NCBI GenBank assembly: GCA_965116885.1
Contig: OZ220741.1
Span: forward strand, 1,184,001 to 1,248,000
Origin: Candidatus Latescibacterota bacterium
GTDB taxonomy: Bacteria > Latescibacterota > UBA2968
Direction of reading: 5' to 3'
Length of the DNA: 64,000 nt
The position numbers were made by a program, and so were the translations under genes. Below are positions 29,323-39,875 of this stretch, piece after piece. The notes under the pieces were generated by a model. It did no database searches and was not told the origin of the DNA. It worked only from the letters and a program-made list of their open reading frames with translations. Numbering within the stretch: position 1 is the stretch's first letter; each line of letters opens with the position of its first letter.

Positions 29323-31683
29323 ATGTTCGGTGAAATATCTTTATTCAGTAGCTACCTGAAAACAGCAATCCGCAACCTCGCCAGGCACCGCATCTACTCG
29401 GCCATCAACATCATCGGTATTGCCATCGGTCTCGCCTTTTGCATCCTCACCTACCTCTTCGTCCAAAACGAATGGACCTATGACACTTTTCACGAAAACG
29501 CCGACCGCATCTATCGGGTTTATATAAAACATATAAAAGGACGAAACGAGCGCGTTCACGGTGTAACACCCGGTCCTCTCGGACCCGCATTAACAGAAGC
29601 ATTTCCCGACATGCAAACGGTTCGCTTCACATCTCGCATGGGGAAAATTGGCACAGAAAATCGCGCTTTCCGGGCACAGTTGGGATTTACCGATCCCAAC
29701 TTTCTCGACGTTTTTTCTTTTCCAATCCTTCGAGGCGACCCAGCGAATACACTCCAGGACAAATACGCCGCACTCATAACAGAAAAAACTGCGCAGAAGT
29801 ATTTCAACAAAGCCAACCCCATCGGAGCAGTACTTCCAATTGAATACAAAAATGAAATCCAGGATTACACCATCGCGGGCATCGTGAAAAACGCGCCCAA
29901 AAACTCCACAATTCAATTTGACGTACTACTACCCTTTGAACAAAGCAAGGTCGAAGACAGATGGAACTCCTACAGCATATTTACTTTCATGATGCTCCCG
30001 CCGAATATATCTCCAAACAGTCTCGAACAACAATTTCCCAGATGGACCAAAAACTGGTGGGATGAAAAGAGCGAGAATCAAATCAAACTTCAGCCACTCA
30101 CCAAAATGCACTTCGATCAGACCATGTACGTAAGCCATCGCAGCAATCCAGTTTACTCATACATCTTATCGGGCATTGCACTACTCGTCCTATTTATCGC
30201 CTGCGTCAACTTCACAACCTTAACTCTCGGACGACAGGCAATGCGAGCGCGAGAAATCGGCTTGCGAAAAGTCGTTGGCGCAAAACGCTCACAAATCGCA
30301 AACCAATTTATCGGCGAATCGCTCTTACTCATCCTTATCGCGCTCACAGCCGGCATTGCCATAGCAGAACTCGCATTACCAACATTCAACGATCTGGCCG
30401 GGAAAGATCTGGCCTTGATCGACGGTCTCAACACCACAACACTCGCTTTTCTCATTCTGCTGGTCAGCCTCGTCGGCATCACAGCAGGAGGCTACCCCGC
30501 CCTGATCCTATCCCGATTGCAGCCAACCCAAATCATCGCGAGCAGGTTGCAAATCAGAACGGGCAATCGTTTCGGCAACGTATTGATCATTTTTCAGTTT
30601 GCCCTATCCATATTCTTCATCATCACCACCCTGATGGTAGGCAAACAACTCACCTTTTTGAGAACCCAATCCCTGGGGTATCAAACCGAACACGTTGTCG
30701 CCATTCAGACCCATGACCTGCGAAAAGAAAACAAAACCTTACCAACTGTTTTTCGGGATGCCTTGCTGTCTCACCATGCTGTGATCAGCACAACATGGCT
30801 TAACCATTCACTAAACAACGACATGCGTGTGTCAACCTATGTAACATACCGTGGAAGCCCGGAGCAACCCGTTGAAGGTATTGGTATTGACTACGACCTG
30901 TTCAAAACGCTCGACCTGAAACTCGTTGCAGGTCGAGAATACAACAGAGACTTTCCAACAGATGCCAAAGAATCAATCATTGTCAACGAAGCACTCGTCC
31001 AAAAATTCGGTATAGAAGACCCCGTTGGCAAAACAATCACATACAGCAACTCAAAAGAAAGAACCATCATCGGCATTGCTCAAAATTTCCATTTTCGCTC
31101 CCTGCATCACAAAATTGAACCCGCTGTTCTACCACTCAGCACATACACCGGACGCTTGTTGGTTCGTATTCACTCCGAAAATGTGCCCGGCACCATCGCA
31201 TTCATCAAAGAACAATGGGAAAAAGTCGCTCCCAATCAGACATTCAACTTCTCATTCATCAATGAAGACCTAGACAAACAATACAAAAAAGAAGAACGCT
31301 GGAATCTCATGATCCAATACGCTACAGGATTCGCCATCTTCATCGCTGCACTCGGCGCATTCGGACTGGCTGCTCTCGCCACAACCAGACGCACCAAAGA
31401 AATCGGCATCCGCAAAGTCCTGGGCGCATCCCAAACCCAGATTTTATCCCTGCTCTCACGAGAATTTGTCCTCTACATCGCCCTATCAAGCCTCATCGCA
31501 TTCCCCATCGCCTATTACGCGACCAATCAATGGTTACAAACCTTCGCCTACCGCACCGAATTGGGTATTGGTGCCTTCTTACTCGGCAGCGTGTTCATGT
31601 TCCTCGTCGTACTCACAACCGTCACCACTCAGACCCTCAAAGCCGCACGCGCAAACCCGGCGGATGCCCTGCGAGATGAATAG
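29323..31683 (+). CDS. MacB/FtsX-type ABC permease #7 (type B)
   Basis: Paralogue of #4 with the same upstream linker. Confidence 0.95.
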   Translation: MFGEISLFSSYLKTAIRNLARHRIYSAINIIGIAIGLAFCILTYLFVQNEWTYDTFHENADRIYRVYIKHIKGRNERVHGVTPGPLGPALTEAFPDMQTVRFTSRMGKIGTENRAFRAQLGFTDPNFLDVFSFPILRGDPANTLQDKYAALITEKTAQKYFNKANPIGAVLPIEYKNEIQDYTIAGIVKNAPKNSTIQFDVLLPFEQSKVEDRWNSYSIFTFMMLPPNISPNSLEQQFPRWTKNWWDEKSENQIKLQPLTKMHFDQTMYVSHRSNPVYSYILSGIALLVLFIACVNFTTLTLGRQAMRAREIGLRKVVGAKRSQIANQFIGESLLLILIALTAGIAIAELALPTFNDLAGKDLALIDGLNTTTLAFLILLVSLVGITAGGYPALILSRLQPTQIIASRLQIRTGNRFGNVLIIFQFALSIFFIITTLMVGKQLTFLRTQSLGYQTEHVVAIQTHDLRKENKTLPTVFRDALLSHHAVISTTWLNHSLNNDMRVSTYVTYRGSPEQPVEGIGIDYDLFKTLDLKLVAGREYNRDFPTDAKESIIVNEALVQKFGIEDPVGKTITYSNSKERTIIGIAQNFHFRSLHHKIEPAVLPLSTYTGRLLVRIHSENVPGTIAFIKEQWEKVAPNQTFNFSFINEDLDKQYKKEERWNLMIQYATGFAIFIAALGAFGLAALATTRRTKEIGIRKVLGASQTQILSLLSREFVLYIALSSLIAFPIAYYATNQWLQTFAYRTELGIGAFLLGSVFMFLVVLTTVTTQTLKAARANPADALRDE

Positions 31684-31705
31684 GGAACAATGACAGGAGC
31701 TTCTC

Positions 31706-34135
31706 ATGATTAAAAATTATCTGACCGTTGCGATTCGCAATCTGATGCGGCATAAACTATACACATCCATCAATATATTGGGACTTGCCATTGGATTGGC
31801 GTGTGGCATTCTGATCCTGTTGTACATCCAGCAGGAATTTGCAATAGATCGCTCCCATACTCTGGGCGACCGCATTTACAAAGTAATTCGGGAACAACGC
31901 GGCAGTACGCAAACAACGTACGAAGAAGGGACATCAGGCGCACTCGGTCCTGTATTGGAAGAAACATTTCCCGAAGTAGAAACAACCGTACGTATCTGGC
32001 AGTGGCTTGTGTCTGCACAATACGGCGAACACAAGAATCAATATACCCTTGCGTTGGTAGATGACAACTTTTTGGACGTATTCGATTTCCCCCTCATAAA
32101 AGGCGACCCAGAAACCGCGTTTCGCCTGCCCTACTCTGTGGTCATTACCGATGACATGGCGCAACACTTATTTGGCGAGACTGACCCGATGGGCCAAACA
32201 GTTTCAGTTGACAATCGCTATATGCCGGGCGAGTACACAGTTACCGGCATTGTAAAGGCACCACAACTCTCATCAGAGCTTTATTTTCAGTTGCTCACAA
32301 CCACAATACCCTCCGCGGGAAGAACACCAGAGCTGTGGAAAATGTGGCTACCCGGGCAATCCTGGCGTCCGGTAAACACATACGTACTATTAAAAGCGGG
32401 ACAAAACGCAGAAACTCTAAAAACAAAAATGCTGTCGCTGATCGTGCAATATCTGGGGGATGACGTTGCGGCAAAAAACACCTACCATCTACAGCCCCTG
32501 CACCGCGTGTATCTGTATGGCGAATCCGATTTTAATCCAACTGCCGACAGCCCCATGCAACAAATTTACATGCTAACGGCTATCGGGCTGATCGTGGTGG
32601 TCATTGCCTGCGTGAATTTTACAAACCTGGCAACTGCTCGCGCTGTCACCCGCAAACGCGAAGTCGGCGTGCGAAAAGTCGTTGGCGCGCATCGCCCACA
32701 ACTAATGGTTCAATTCTTGACTGAATCCCTGCTTTTAACCTCCGCTGCCCTGCTGATTGCCCTTGCACTGGTCGAGATATTCCTGCCCTTATTCAACCAA
32801 TTTGTGCGTGGCGATTTACACCTCAACATGGCTACAGTGATAGCAGGTACGCCAGCGGCACTGGCATTCACATTGTTGGTCGGATTGCTGGCGGGATGGT
32901 ATCCAGCGTTTTTCCTCTCATCCTTTCGCCCGGTAACAGCATTAAAAAGCAGTGCGTCTTCCTCCCCGGGTTCCACAGGACTGAAGAAAGGACTCGTGGT
33001 TTTTCAGTTTGGCATGTCCATCTTACTGGTGATCTGTACCCTGGTGGTTTATCAGCAACTGAAATTTATAGAAACCAAAGACATGGGTTTTGCACGCGAC
33101 CACATTGTGAGTTTACCCATCTTTGCTCACGGTCGCGATCACGAAGTCTTCCCCCATAAACGCCTTTCGGCACGCCATCAGATGGTCAAACAAGTCTTTC
33201 TCGAACACCCCAATATCCTCAGCGCATCGGCACTGCGTTTCGACATCACGGGATACAGCGGGCGACTGCGACTGGTCTGGCCCGATGGGGACCGCACAAA
33301 AGAACGGACATTTCGCATAAGCGAAGTTGACGACTCGTTCTTTGAAACATTTGAAATCCCCGTACTTCTCGGTCGCACCTTTTCAGCCGATGTTGCCAGC
33401 GATGCATTTCAAGCGATTATTTTGAACGAAACAGCCGTGCGCCTGCTCGGCTGGGAGGACGACCCGATTGGCAAGCAGATTGTGTTACCAGCATATGGAA
33501 ACCGCTCCCCGACAGTAATTGGGGTCGTAAAAGACTACCACAGCTTGACACTACGAGAAGAAATCGCACCCATGGGTTTTATAGGCGATTGGAGGCTGTT
33601 TGTTTCACTGGTCCTGCGCATCCGACCAGAAAACACCGCGCAAACCCTGTCCTTTCTCGAAACCCAGTGGAAACGCTTTGTCCCAGACGCACCCTTTGAA
33701 TATCACTTCCTGGATGAAATGATAGATTGGATCTATTTTAACGAGCAACTCACTGGCAAAATGCTCGGGGTATTTTCACTGCTGGCAATTTTTGTCGCGT
33801 GTTTGGGACTGTTCGGACTGGCCGCGTTCATGGTTCAATCGCGCACCAAAGAAATTGGTGTGCGAAAAGTACTGGGCGCCTCCACACCGCATCTGGTCAT
33901 GCTGCTCTCCCGCGAGTTTATATTTCTCATTCTACCTGCCAATCTCATCGCCTGGCCAATCGCTTACTACCTGATGCGCGACTGGCTCTCCGGATTTGCC
34001 TATCAGACAGATCTGAATGTCTTGCCATTTATCGTGAGCGCGATAATGGCCCTGATCATAGCCTTTGGAACCGTGAGCATGCAGGCCATTCGCGCAGCGC
34101 GATCCAATCCCATTGATGCGTTGCGATATGAGTGA
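31706..34135 (+). CDS. MacB/FtsX-type ABC permease #8 (type A)
   Basis: Paralogue of #3. Confidence 0.95.
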   Translation: MIKNYLTVAIRNLMRHKLYTSINILGLAIGLACGILILLYIQQEFAIDRSHTLGDRIYKVIREQRGSTQTTYEEGTSGALGPVLEETFPEVETTVRIWQWLVSAQYGEHKNQYTLALVDDNFLDVFDFPLIKGDPETAFRLPYSVVITDDMAQHLFGETDPMGQTVSVDNRYMPGEYTVTGIVKAPQLSSELYFQLLTTTIPSAGRTPELWKMWLPGQSWRPVNTYVLLKAGQNAETLKTKMLSLIVQYLGDDVAAKNTYHLQPLHRVYLYGESDFNPTADSPMQQIYMLTAIGLIVVVIACVNFTNLATARAVTRKREVGVRKVVGAHRPQLMVQFLTESLLLTSAALLIALALVEIFLPLFNQFVRGDLHLNMATVIAGTPAALAFTLLVGLLAGWYPAFFLSSFRPVTALKSSASSSPGSTGLKKGLVVFQFGMSILLVICTLVVYQQLKFIETKDMGFARDHIVSLPIFAHGRDHEVFPHKRLSARHQMVKQVFLEHPNILSASALRFDITGYSGRLRLVWPDGDRTKERTFRISEVDDSFFETFEIPVLLGRTFSADVASDAFQAIILNETAVRLLGWEDDPIGKQIVLPAYGNRSPTVIGVVKDYHSLTLREEIAPMGFIGDWRLFVSLVLRIRPENTAQTLSFLETQWKRFVPDAPFEYHFLDEMIDWIYFNEQLTGKMLGVFSLLAIFVACLGLFGLAAFMVQSRTKEIGVRKVLGASTPHLVMLLSREFIFLILPANLIAWPIAYYLMRDWLSGFAYQTDLNVLPFIVSAIMALIIAFGTVSMQAIRAARSNPIDALRYE

Positions 34136-34144
34136 GCTATTTCT

Positions 34145-36004
34145 ATGAATGTCTCCAATACGCACCACCCTTCCGCCCAGCCCAAGCCCATTCCAGTATT
34201 CAGGCCAGATCGCCTCGGAACCTTCAAACAATTCCTGAATCTGATCTGGTTATTGCGCCTCGTCCTGAAGGTGGCACCAGCGCCAGCCCTCTTATGGGCG
34301 TTCACATCCCTCATTCGCAGCCTCGTACTGCCCATCAACCTGTGGATTACCAAATATCTGGTCGATGCTGTAGTCGATGTGGTTCGGGCTGATGGATCTC
34401 TGAACCCGGTATTTACCTATCTAACTTTCCTTCTCGCGGGACTTTTTATTCAGCGATTGGTGGGGTGGATAGACCCATGGTTGAGTGGCAAATTCCAACA
34501 GACCGCGGGCAGGGAACTGACCCGCCTCGTCATCGTCAAAGCCCCTCGCCTCTCATTAGAACAATTCGAGCACACGGGCTATTACGACGAACTCACGCGC
34601 GCCATGTCTCAAACCGAACAAAAAGGACCTGATATTTTAGACCAGGTCATGAGCGTCGTTCGCAACCTCTCCAGCCTGATCGGATATGGTGCAGTCCTCT
34701 GGGTCATCCACCCATTTATCCTGATGGGCGTAGTGGGATTAACAGGCGTGTCTATCTGGATAGCCATGAAAGGCGGTCAAGATGTCTGGTCTGTCTTGAG
34801 CCGCCAAACATTTAAGCGGCGTTTGGCAGATTATTACGGCGCCATACTGGTTGACCGCAACACAGCCAAAGAGGCGCGCCTCTATGATTTGAAACAGTAT
34901 TTGATCGACAGATGGACAAAGCTCTATTGGGAATCCAGAAATGAATTGCGCCGTGAGGCCATCCGGGTAGATCTCAAACAATTTGGTACGTATGGCATCG
35001 CCATTCTGGCAAGTATCGGTGCCTTATACTATATTGCCGTCAGTCCGTCTGTAGATGCATCTCCCGGTCTCTATACGATCTTTTTTCAAGCGGTTTCGGG
35101 CATACTCGACCCCATGTATCTGATCGTTTTGGCACTTCGCCAACTGGGAGAATCATCGGGTTATGCATCAGACCTTCGCCATTTTCTCGACCTGCCCGAA
35201 TACAGTGCCCCATCTGCTGCTCCAACAAAAAATACCAGACCATTTCCAAAACCCTTGCGCCAGGGCATCATCGCAAAAAATGTAACCTATACCTACCCCG
35301 GAAGCGAAACCCCTGCGCTCCACAATCTGAACCTCGAAATCAACGCTGGCGAAAAAGTCGCCATTGTCGGTGAAAATGGATCGGGCAAAACCACCTTTGT
35401 GCGGCTGTTATTGGGCCTCTATCGCCCCGACTCAGGCGCAATTTTAGCCGATGGTATTGATTATCGGGACATAGAACCCCACCTGCTCTATCATTCATAC
35501 TCAGCCGTAATGCAATCTTATGTCCGCTACCACTTCTCCTTCGCCGAAAATATCGCTCTATCTGAGGTTCAAACCAAAGAACAGAAGCGCGCTGTGCATC
35601 GCGCCGCTGTTCAAGTGGGTGCGGATATAACCGATTCACTGTCTCAGGGATACGACACACTCATCGGTCCCGAAATGGGGGGTGTCGATCTATCGGGAGG
35701 GCAGTGGCAACGCGTGGCACTCGCAAGAGTCTTTTTCCGAAATTCTGAAGTACTCGTCCTCGACGAACCCACTGCCGCCCTGGACCCAATGGCTGAACTC
35801 GCAATTTTTGAACACTTTCGGGAACTCGCTGCCGGGCGCACCGCATTGATGATCGCCCACCGACTCGGCATGGCGCGTTTGGCAGACCGCATCCTCGTCT
35901 TTCGCGGGGGAACCGTTGTGGAAGAAGGCACACACGATCAGCTATTGCGCGAAGGCGGAGAATACGCAGAGATGTTTGAATCTCAAGCGAGGTGGTACCG
36001 ATGA
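34145..36004 (+). CDS. ABC exporter half-transporter (TMD+NBD), subunit 1
   Basis: N-terminal TMD, GENGSGKT, LSGGQWQR, LDEPT, AHRL. Confidence 0.95.
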   Translation: MNVSNTHHPSAQPKPIPVFRPDRLGTFKQFLNLIWLLRLVLKVAPAPALLWAFTSLIRSLVLPINLWITKYLVDAVVDVVRADGSLNPVFTYLTFLLAGLFIQRLVGWIDPWLSGKFQQTAGRELTRLVIVKAPRLSLEQFEHTGYYDELTRAMSQTEQKGPDILDQVMSVVRNLSSLIGYGAVLWVIHPFILMGVVGLTGVSIWIAMKGGQDVWSVLSRQTFKRRLADYYGAILVDRNTAKEARLYDLKQYLIDRWTKLYWESRNELRREAIRVDLKQFGTYGIAILASIGALYYIAVSPSVDASPGLYTIFFQAVSGILDPMYLIVLALRQLGESSGYASDLRHFLDLPEYSAPSAAPTKNTRPFPKPLRQGIIAKNVTYTYPGSETPALHNLNLEINAGEKVAIVGENGSGKTTFVRLLLGLYRPDSGAILADGIDYRDIEPHLLYHSYSAVMQSYVRYHFSFAENIALSEVQTKEQKRAVHRAAVQVGADITDSLSQGYDTLIGPEMGGVDLSGGQWQRVALARVFFRNSEVLVLDEPTAALDPMAELAIFEHFRELAAGRTALMIAHRLGMARLADRILVFRGGTVVEEGTHDQLLREGGEYAEMFESQARWYR

Positions 36005-37821
36005 GTCTGGAAAAATCATCCCAACGCACAAGCCTGTGGCGTCCTATTATCGCTATGGTATTCGAACTCTGGCGCGCCCATCCCATTGCTTTTATCGCTT
36101 TAATCGCCACCACAGTAATACCGGGATTTTCTTACAGCGTCTATGTCTTGGCCATGCGGGGACTGATCAATGCCCTCGTCGAATCCCCCACGTCCGATGC
36201 CTGGGATATCCCGACCTATATGCTCCTCTACATCGCAGCCATTTTGGTTGAAATGACCATGAATATGATGCGCCCGATCATCATGGTCTATCTCCGCGAC
36301 CACGCGACACATCACATACAATCGCGCATTTACGAACAAGCCGCCAACGCGCCACTCATCCGATTTGAAGACAGCGCGTTTTACGATTGCCTCCGACGAG
36401 CGAACAACAATTTGGGCGACCGCCTCACAGAATTGCTCAATGGCATCCTCCTTCCCCTCTGGCAGTTTTCCATTGCCGTTTCAATTGCTGGCACTTTGTT
36501 TGTCGTGCATCCGTGGATCATTCCAATCATGGCACTTGGCATCATCCCCTCTCTTCTCCTGCAATCAAAACGCGCCCGGATGGTGTACGATGTGCAAAGA
36601 AAACACACATTGACCGACAGGCTGCGACATTATTACCAGGAATTGCTCACAGATAGACAGGCTGCGGCTGAAGTGCGCCTCTTCGATTTGTCGAGATTTT
36701 TGCACAACCGTTGGACGCATGCATGGCGAACGCGCGAAAAGGACGTCTTGAATGTCTATAAACGAGACGCGGGCTATCATGCATTTGGAGGGTTTTGGGA
36801 ATGGCTGAGCTATGCCGGTGCGCTATCTCTAATCATCTATTCCGTTGTTATGGGACAAGCCACAATGGGCGATTTGGCCGTGGTGATCAGTTATGCAACG
36901 CGTTTCCAAAATTTTTTACAGGGCACTGTCCAGAGCGTGGGCAATATACTCGAACACTCGGAATTTCTGGGCGATGCATTCGAGTTCTTCGCGCTTGCGA
37001 AAGAGCACGAAAAAGAGCCAACCGAGAAGATCAGATCGTCCCACATTGAACAGGTATCCAACAGAAGACAGGGACTCGCCATCACAGCCCGGGATATTGC
37101 TTTCACCTATCCATCGCGAACTGATCCCGTAGTTAAAAATGTGAACTTACAAATTCAAGCCGGAGAGAAAATCGCAATCGTGGGAGAAAATGGAGCCGGC
37201 AAAACAACACTGGTGAAATTACTCATCGGATTATACACGCCCGACGCAGGCGAAATTTACATGGTAGATGGAGATATGGATAAACGTCTCCCTGAAGAAG
37301 TGCAAAGTCGCGTCGCAGCGGTTTTTCAGGACTATGCAAAATTCGACCTGAAACTCAGAGAAAATATCGGATTCGGACAGTTGGACGCCATGTCTGACGA
37401 CACCAGACTCTACGCTGCTGCACATCGAGCGGACATCCTCGACATTCACGCAGACCTGAGCGATGGATGGGATGGATATCTCGGAAGAAAATTTGGAGAC
37501 CGCGACCTCTCCGGCGGACAGTGGCAAAAAGTAGCACTGGGAAGAGCCTATCTCAAAGATGCGGATCTGGTCGTACTCGATGAACCGACATCGGCATTAG
37601 ACCCCAAAGCAGAACTCGCCCTGTTTGAGCGATTTGTAGATCTGACAGAGAACCGCACAGCGCTCATGATATCTCACCGTCTGGGGGCTGCCCGATTGGC
37701 CGACCGCGTCATAGTGATGAAGGATGGTCAAATCATCGAATCCGGCTCTCATCGAGAACTTCTGAAACTCAACGGCGAATATGCCAGACTATTCTCTGCC
37801 CAGGCACAATGGTATCAGTAA
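36001..37821 (+). CDS. ABC exporter half-transporter (TMD+NBD), subunit 2
   Basis: GENGAGKT, LSGGQWQK, LDEPT, SHRL; ATGA overlap with subunit 1. Confidence 0.95.
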   Translation: MSLEKSSQRTSLWRPIIAMVFELWRAHPIAFIALIATTVIPGFSYSVYVLAMRGLINALVESPTSDAWDIPTYMLLYIAAILVEMTMNMMRPIIMVYLRDHATHHIQSRIYEQAANAPLIRFEDSAFYDCLRRANNNLGDRLTELLNGILLPLWQFSIAVSIAGTLFVVHPWIIPIMALGIIPSLLLQSKRARMVYDVQRKHTLTDRLRHYYQELLTDRQAAAEVRLFDLSRFLHNRWTHAWRTREKDVLNVYKRDAGYHAFGGFWEWLSYAGALSLIIYSVVMGQATMGDLAVVISYATRFQNFLQGTVQSVGNILEHSEFLGDAFEFFALAKEHEKEPTEKIRSSHIEQVSNRRQGLAITARDIAFTYPSRTDPVVKNVNLQIQAGEKIAIVGENGAGKTTLVKLLIGLYTPDAGEIYMVDGDMDKRLPEEVQSRVAAVFQDYAKFDLKLRENIGFGQLDAMSDDTRLYAAAHRADILDIHADLSDGWDGYLGRKFGDRDLSGGQWQKVALGRAYLKDADLVVLDEPTSALDPKAELALFERFVDLTENRTALMISHRLGAARLADRVIVMKDGQIIESGSHRELLKLNGEYARLFSAQAQWYQ

Positions 37822-37840
37822 CTTTTTAAGAGTGCTATTC

Positions 37841-38236
37841 ATGATCAAAAATTATCTAACCGTTGCGATTCGCAACATCGCCAGAAACAAAACGTTCTCT
37901 GCGATCAACATCCTCGGACTCGCCTCCTTCACCGCACAACAGCGCATCAAAGAAATCGGCATCCGAAAAGTATTGGGCGCATCCGTTTCCAATCTCGTAC
38001 TCATGTTGTCAAAAGAGTTTGCCCTGCTTGTCGGCATTGCCAACCTCATTGCCTGGCCAATCGCCTATTACGCGATGAACAGGTGGCTACAGGACTTCGC
38101 CTATCGCATTGATCTAGGTATATGGGCGTTTGTTCTGAGCGGTTTTCTGGCGTTGTTCATCGCCTTGACCACGGTAAGTTATCAGGCGTGGAAAGTCGCT
38201 CGCACCAATCCCGTGGATGCCCTGCGATATGAGTGA
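37841..38236 (+). pseudogene. In-frame internally deleted type C permease (131 aa)
   Basis: MIKNY...AINILGLA joined directly to SFTAQQRIKEIG...NPVDALRYE; 660 codons shorter than #6. Confidence 0.85.
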
Positions 38237-38275
38237 GCTATCATGTCGCCCACCTTCTTCCAAAACAATACATTC

Positions 38276-38304
38276 TTGACATTTGATAGCATATATACTA
38301 CCAT
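38276..38304 (+). promoter_or_regulatory. Sigma70 promoter of the PIN TA operon, probably leaderless
   Basis: TTGACA-N17-TACCAT, 6 nt before ATG 38311, no RBS. Confidence 0.7.
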
Positions 38305-38310
38305 TTTAGC

Positions 38311-38742
38311 ATGAGAATTGTAATGGATACCAATGTACTCTATCAAGCACTGCGAAATACTGCAGGCGCGTCAAATTATATTTTACAACTCATTCGTGCT
38401 TATCGCCTTGATCTGGCCCTATCAATCCCTGTCTTTTTAGAATATTCAGATGTCCTGCTGCGCCCAAACACACTTCAGGACCTCAAACGAACGCGCGAGG
38501 AGATAGAATCGGTTCTTCGATTTATTGCGTATATTGGTAAGCCTATCCACTTTCTCATGCGACCAAATCTTCGCGATGAGAACGATAATATGTTTATCGA
38601 TCTGGCATTCGCAGGCAATGCGCGATATATCATCACTCAAAATGTCAATGATTTTACAAAAGGGACGGAATTGAAATTTGACCAGTTCGACATCATTACG
38701 CCCGCTCAATTTGTTCGATATTGGAGACAACGTTATGAATAA
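38311..38742 (+). CDS. PIN-domain toxin (PIN_3-like)
   Basis: IVMDTNV, EY..V, LRDENDNMFIDLA, IITQN..DF. Confidence 0.9.
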   Translation: MRIVMDTNVLYQALRNTAGASNYILQLIRAYRLDLALSIPVFLEYSDVLLRPNTLQDLKRTREEIESVLRFIAYIGKPIHFLMRPNLRDENDNMFIDLAFAGNARYIITQNVNDFTKGTELKFDQFDIITPAQFVRYWRQRYE

Positions 38743-39004
38743 AAAGAATCACGTACTGACCATCCGAGTGCCGAAGGACCTGAAAGAGAGAATAGAAAAG
38801 ACCGCAGAAAAACAGGGTGTGTCTATGAATCAGTTTGCGATTTATGCTTTTGCACGTGAAATTGCCGAGCTTGAAACCACAGCCTTTTTTCAAAATCAAT
38901 ATGCGGGCAAAAACAAACGAGAAATTCTGGAGGCATTTGACGCTGTGATGAGCAAACAAACCCCCGCCCAAACACCTCCTGATTGGGACCAATTGGATAT
39001 ATGA
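38735..39004 (+). CDS. Ribbon-helix-helix (HicB-like) antitoxin
   Basis: LTIRVPKDLKERIEKTAEKQGVSMNQF; overlaps the toxin stop; start moved to 38735. Confidence 0.8.
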   Translation: MNKKNHVLTIRVPKDLKERIEKTAEKQGVSMNQFAIYAFAREIAELETTAFFQNQYAGKNKREILEAFDAVMSKQTPAQTPPDWDQLDI

Positions 39005-39032
39005 GTGAGCCAATTTTGAATCCACCCATCAG

Positions 39033-39824
39033 CTATGTCTCGGAAACCGCACCGGGATACCGATTTTGAATCCACCAATCCGTGTGTGGCATTCCACTCT
39101 CTCGCGTCTTTTTCACCAGCAAATCGATATCTATTGGCACGCGGCGTAACTCGATCCGAAGGCTCTTACTCTCCCAGGCAATAACGCCATATTCTGCCCA
39201 GGGAGGATATCCCCTATCGTCCGAATTATCCAATGGATCTCGAACAACCCGGCGTATCCGATCCTGTGCGGGAACAGGCGCACCAACACTTCCGGGATTA
39301 ACGATCGTGCAATCTCCATAATAACGAACCATCTGTGTATGCGTATGTCCCCCAGCCAATACCATCGCGTGATAACCAGACAGCATGCGCCCCATCTCCT
39401 CATCTGGCGTGTGAGAAGCGATTCCATCTTCATTAGATCGTGGAGAACCGTGATAGCAAAGAAGATTAGTAGTCGCATCCAGAGGTATCTCGACCGTTGC
39501 CTGGAACGTTCGCATATAGTCGAGATCGTCAGGTAAAAGCTTCCGAACATCCCAGAATCGAACTTCATTTCCTCGCCTGGCGTTCTCGCTCTTTCCCGTA
39601 CCAGGACGTGGATCAAGACACCACACGTCCATATTCCCCATGACAACAGGACCATTCAGAGATTTCAACTGAGCAATAACCTCACATGGTTGGGGACCAT
39701 CAGAGACGGTATCACCCAGGCACACAATGTGATCAATGGATTCTGTTTTGAGATCGTTCAAGACAGCTTCCAGAGCCACTGCATTTCCATGAATATCAGA
39801 GATGATGGCGATTCGCATATTCAT
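39033..39824 (-). CDS. Calcineurin-like metallophosphoesterase (YfcE-like)
   Basis: SDIHGN, LGD, GNMD, HGSP, GHTH, NPGSVG. Confidence 0.95.
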   Translation of the reverse strand: MNMRIAIISDIHGNAVALEAVLNDLKTESIDHIVCLGDTVSDGPQPCEVIAQLKSLNGPVVMGNMDVWCLDPRPGTGKSENARRGNEVRFWDVRKLLPDDLDYMRTFQATVEIPLDATTNLLCYHGSPRSNEDGIASHTPDEEMGRMLSGYHAMVLAGGHTHTQMVRYYGDCTIVNPGSVGAPVPAQDRIRRVVRDPLDNSDDRGYPPWAEYGVIAWESKSLRIELRRVPIDIDLLVKKTRESGMPHTDWWIQNRYPGAVSET

Positions 39825-39875
39825 ACCTCCTTGTAGTGAAAAAGCTCAAAGGAATTTGTGTGCATCACTGGCCTT

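Noticed and set aside
34145..37821. RiPP or lantibiotic cluster around the ABC exporter pair
   Set aside because: No precursor peptide, modification enzyme or peptidase domain was recognised nearby.
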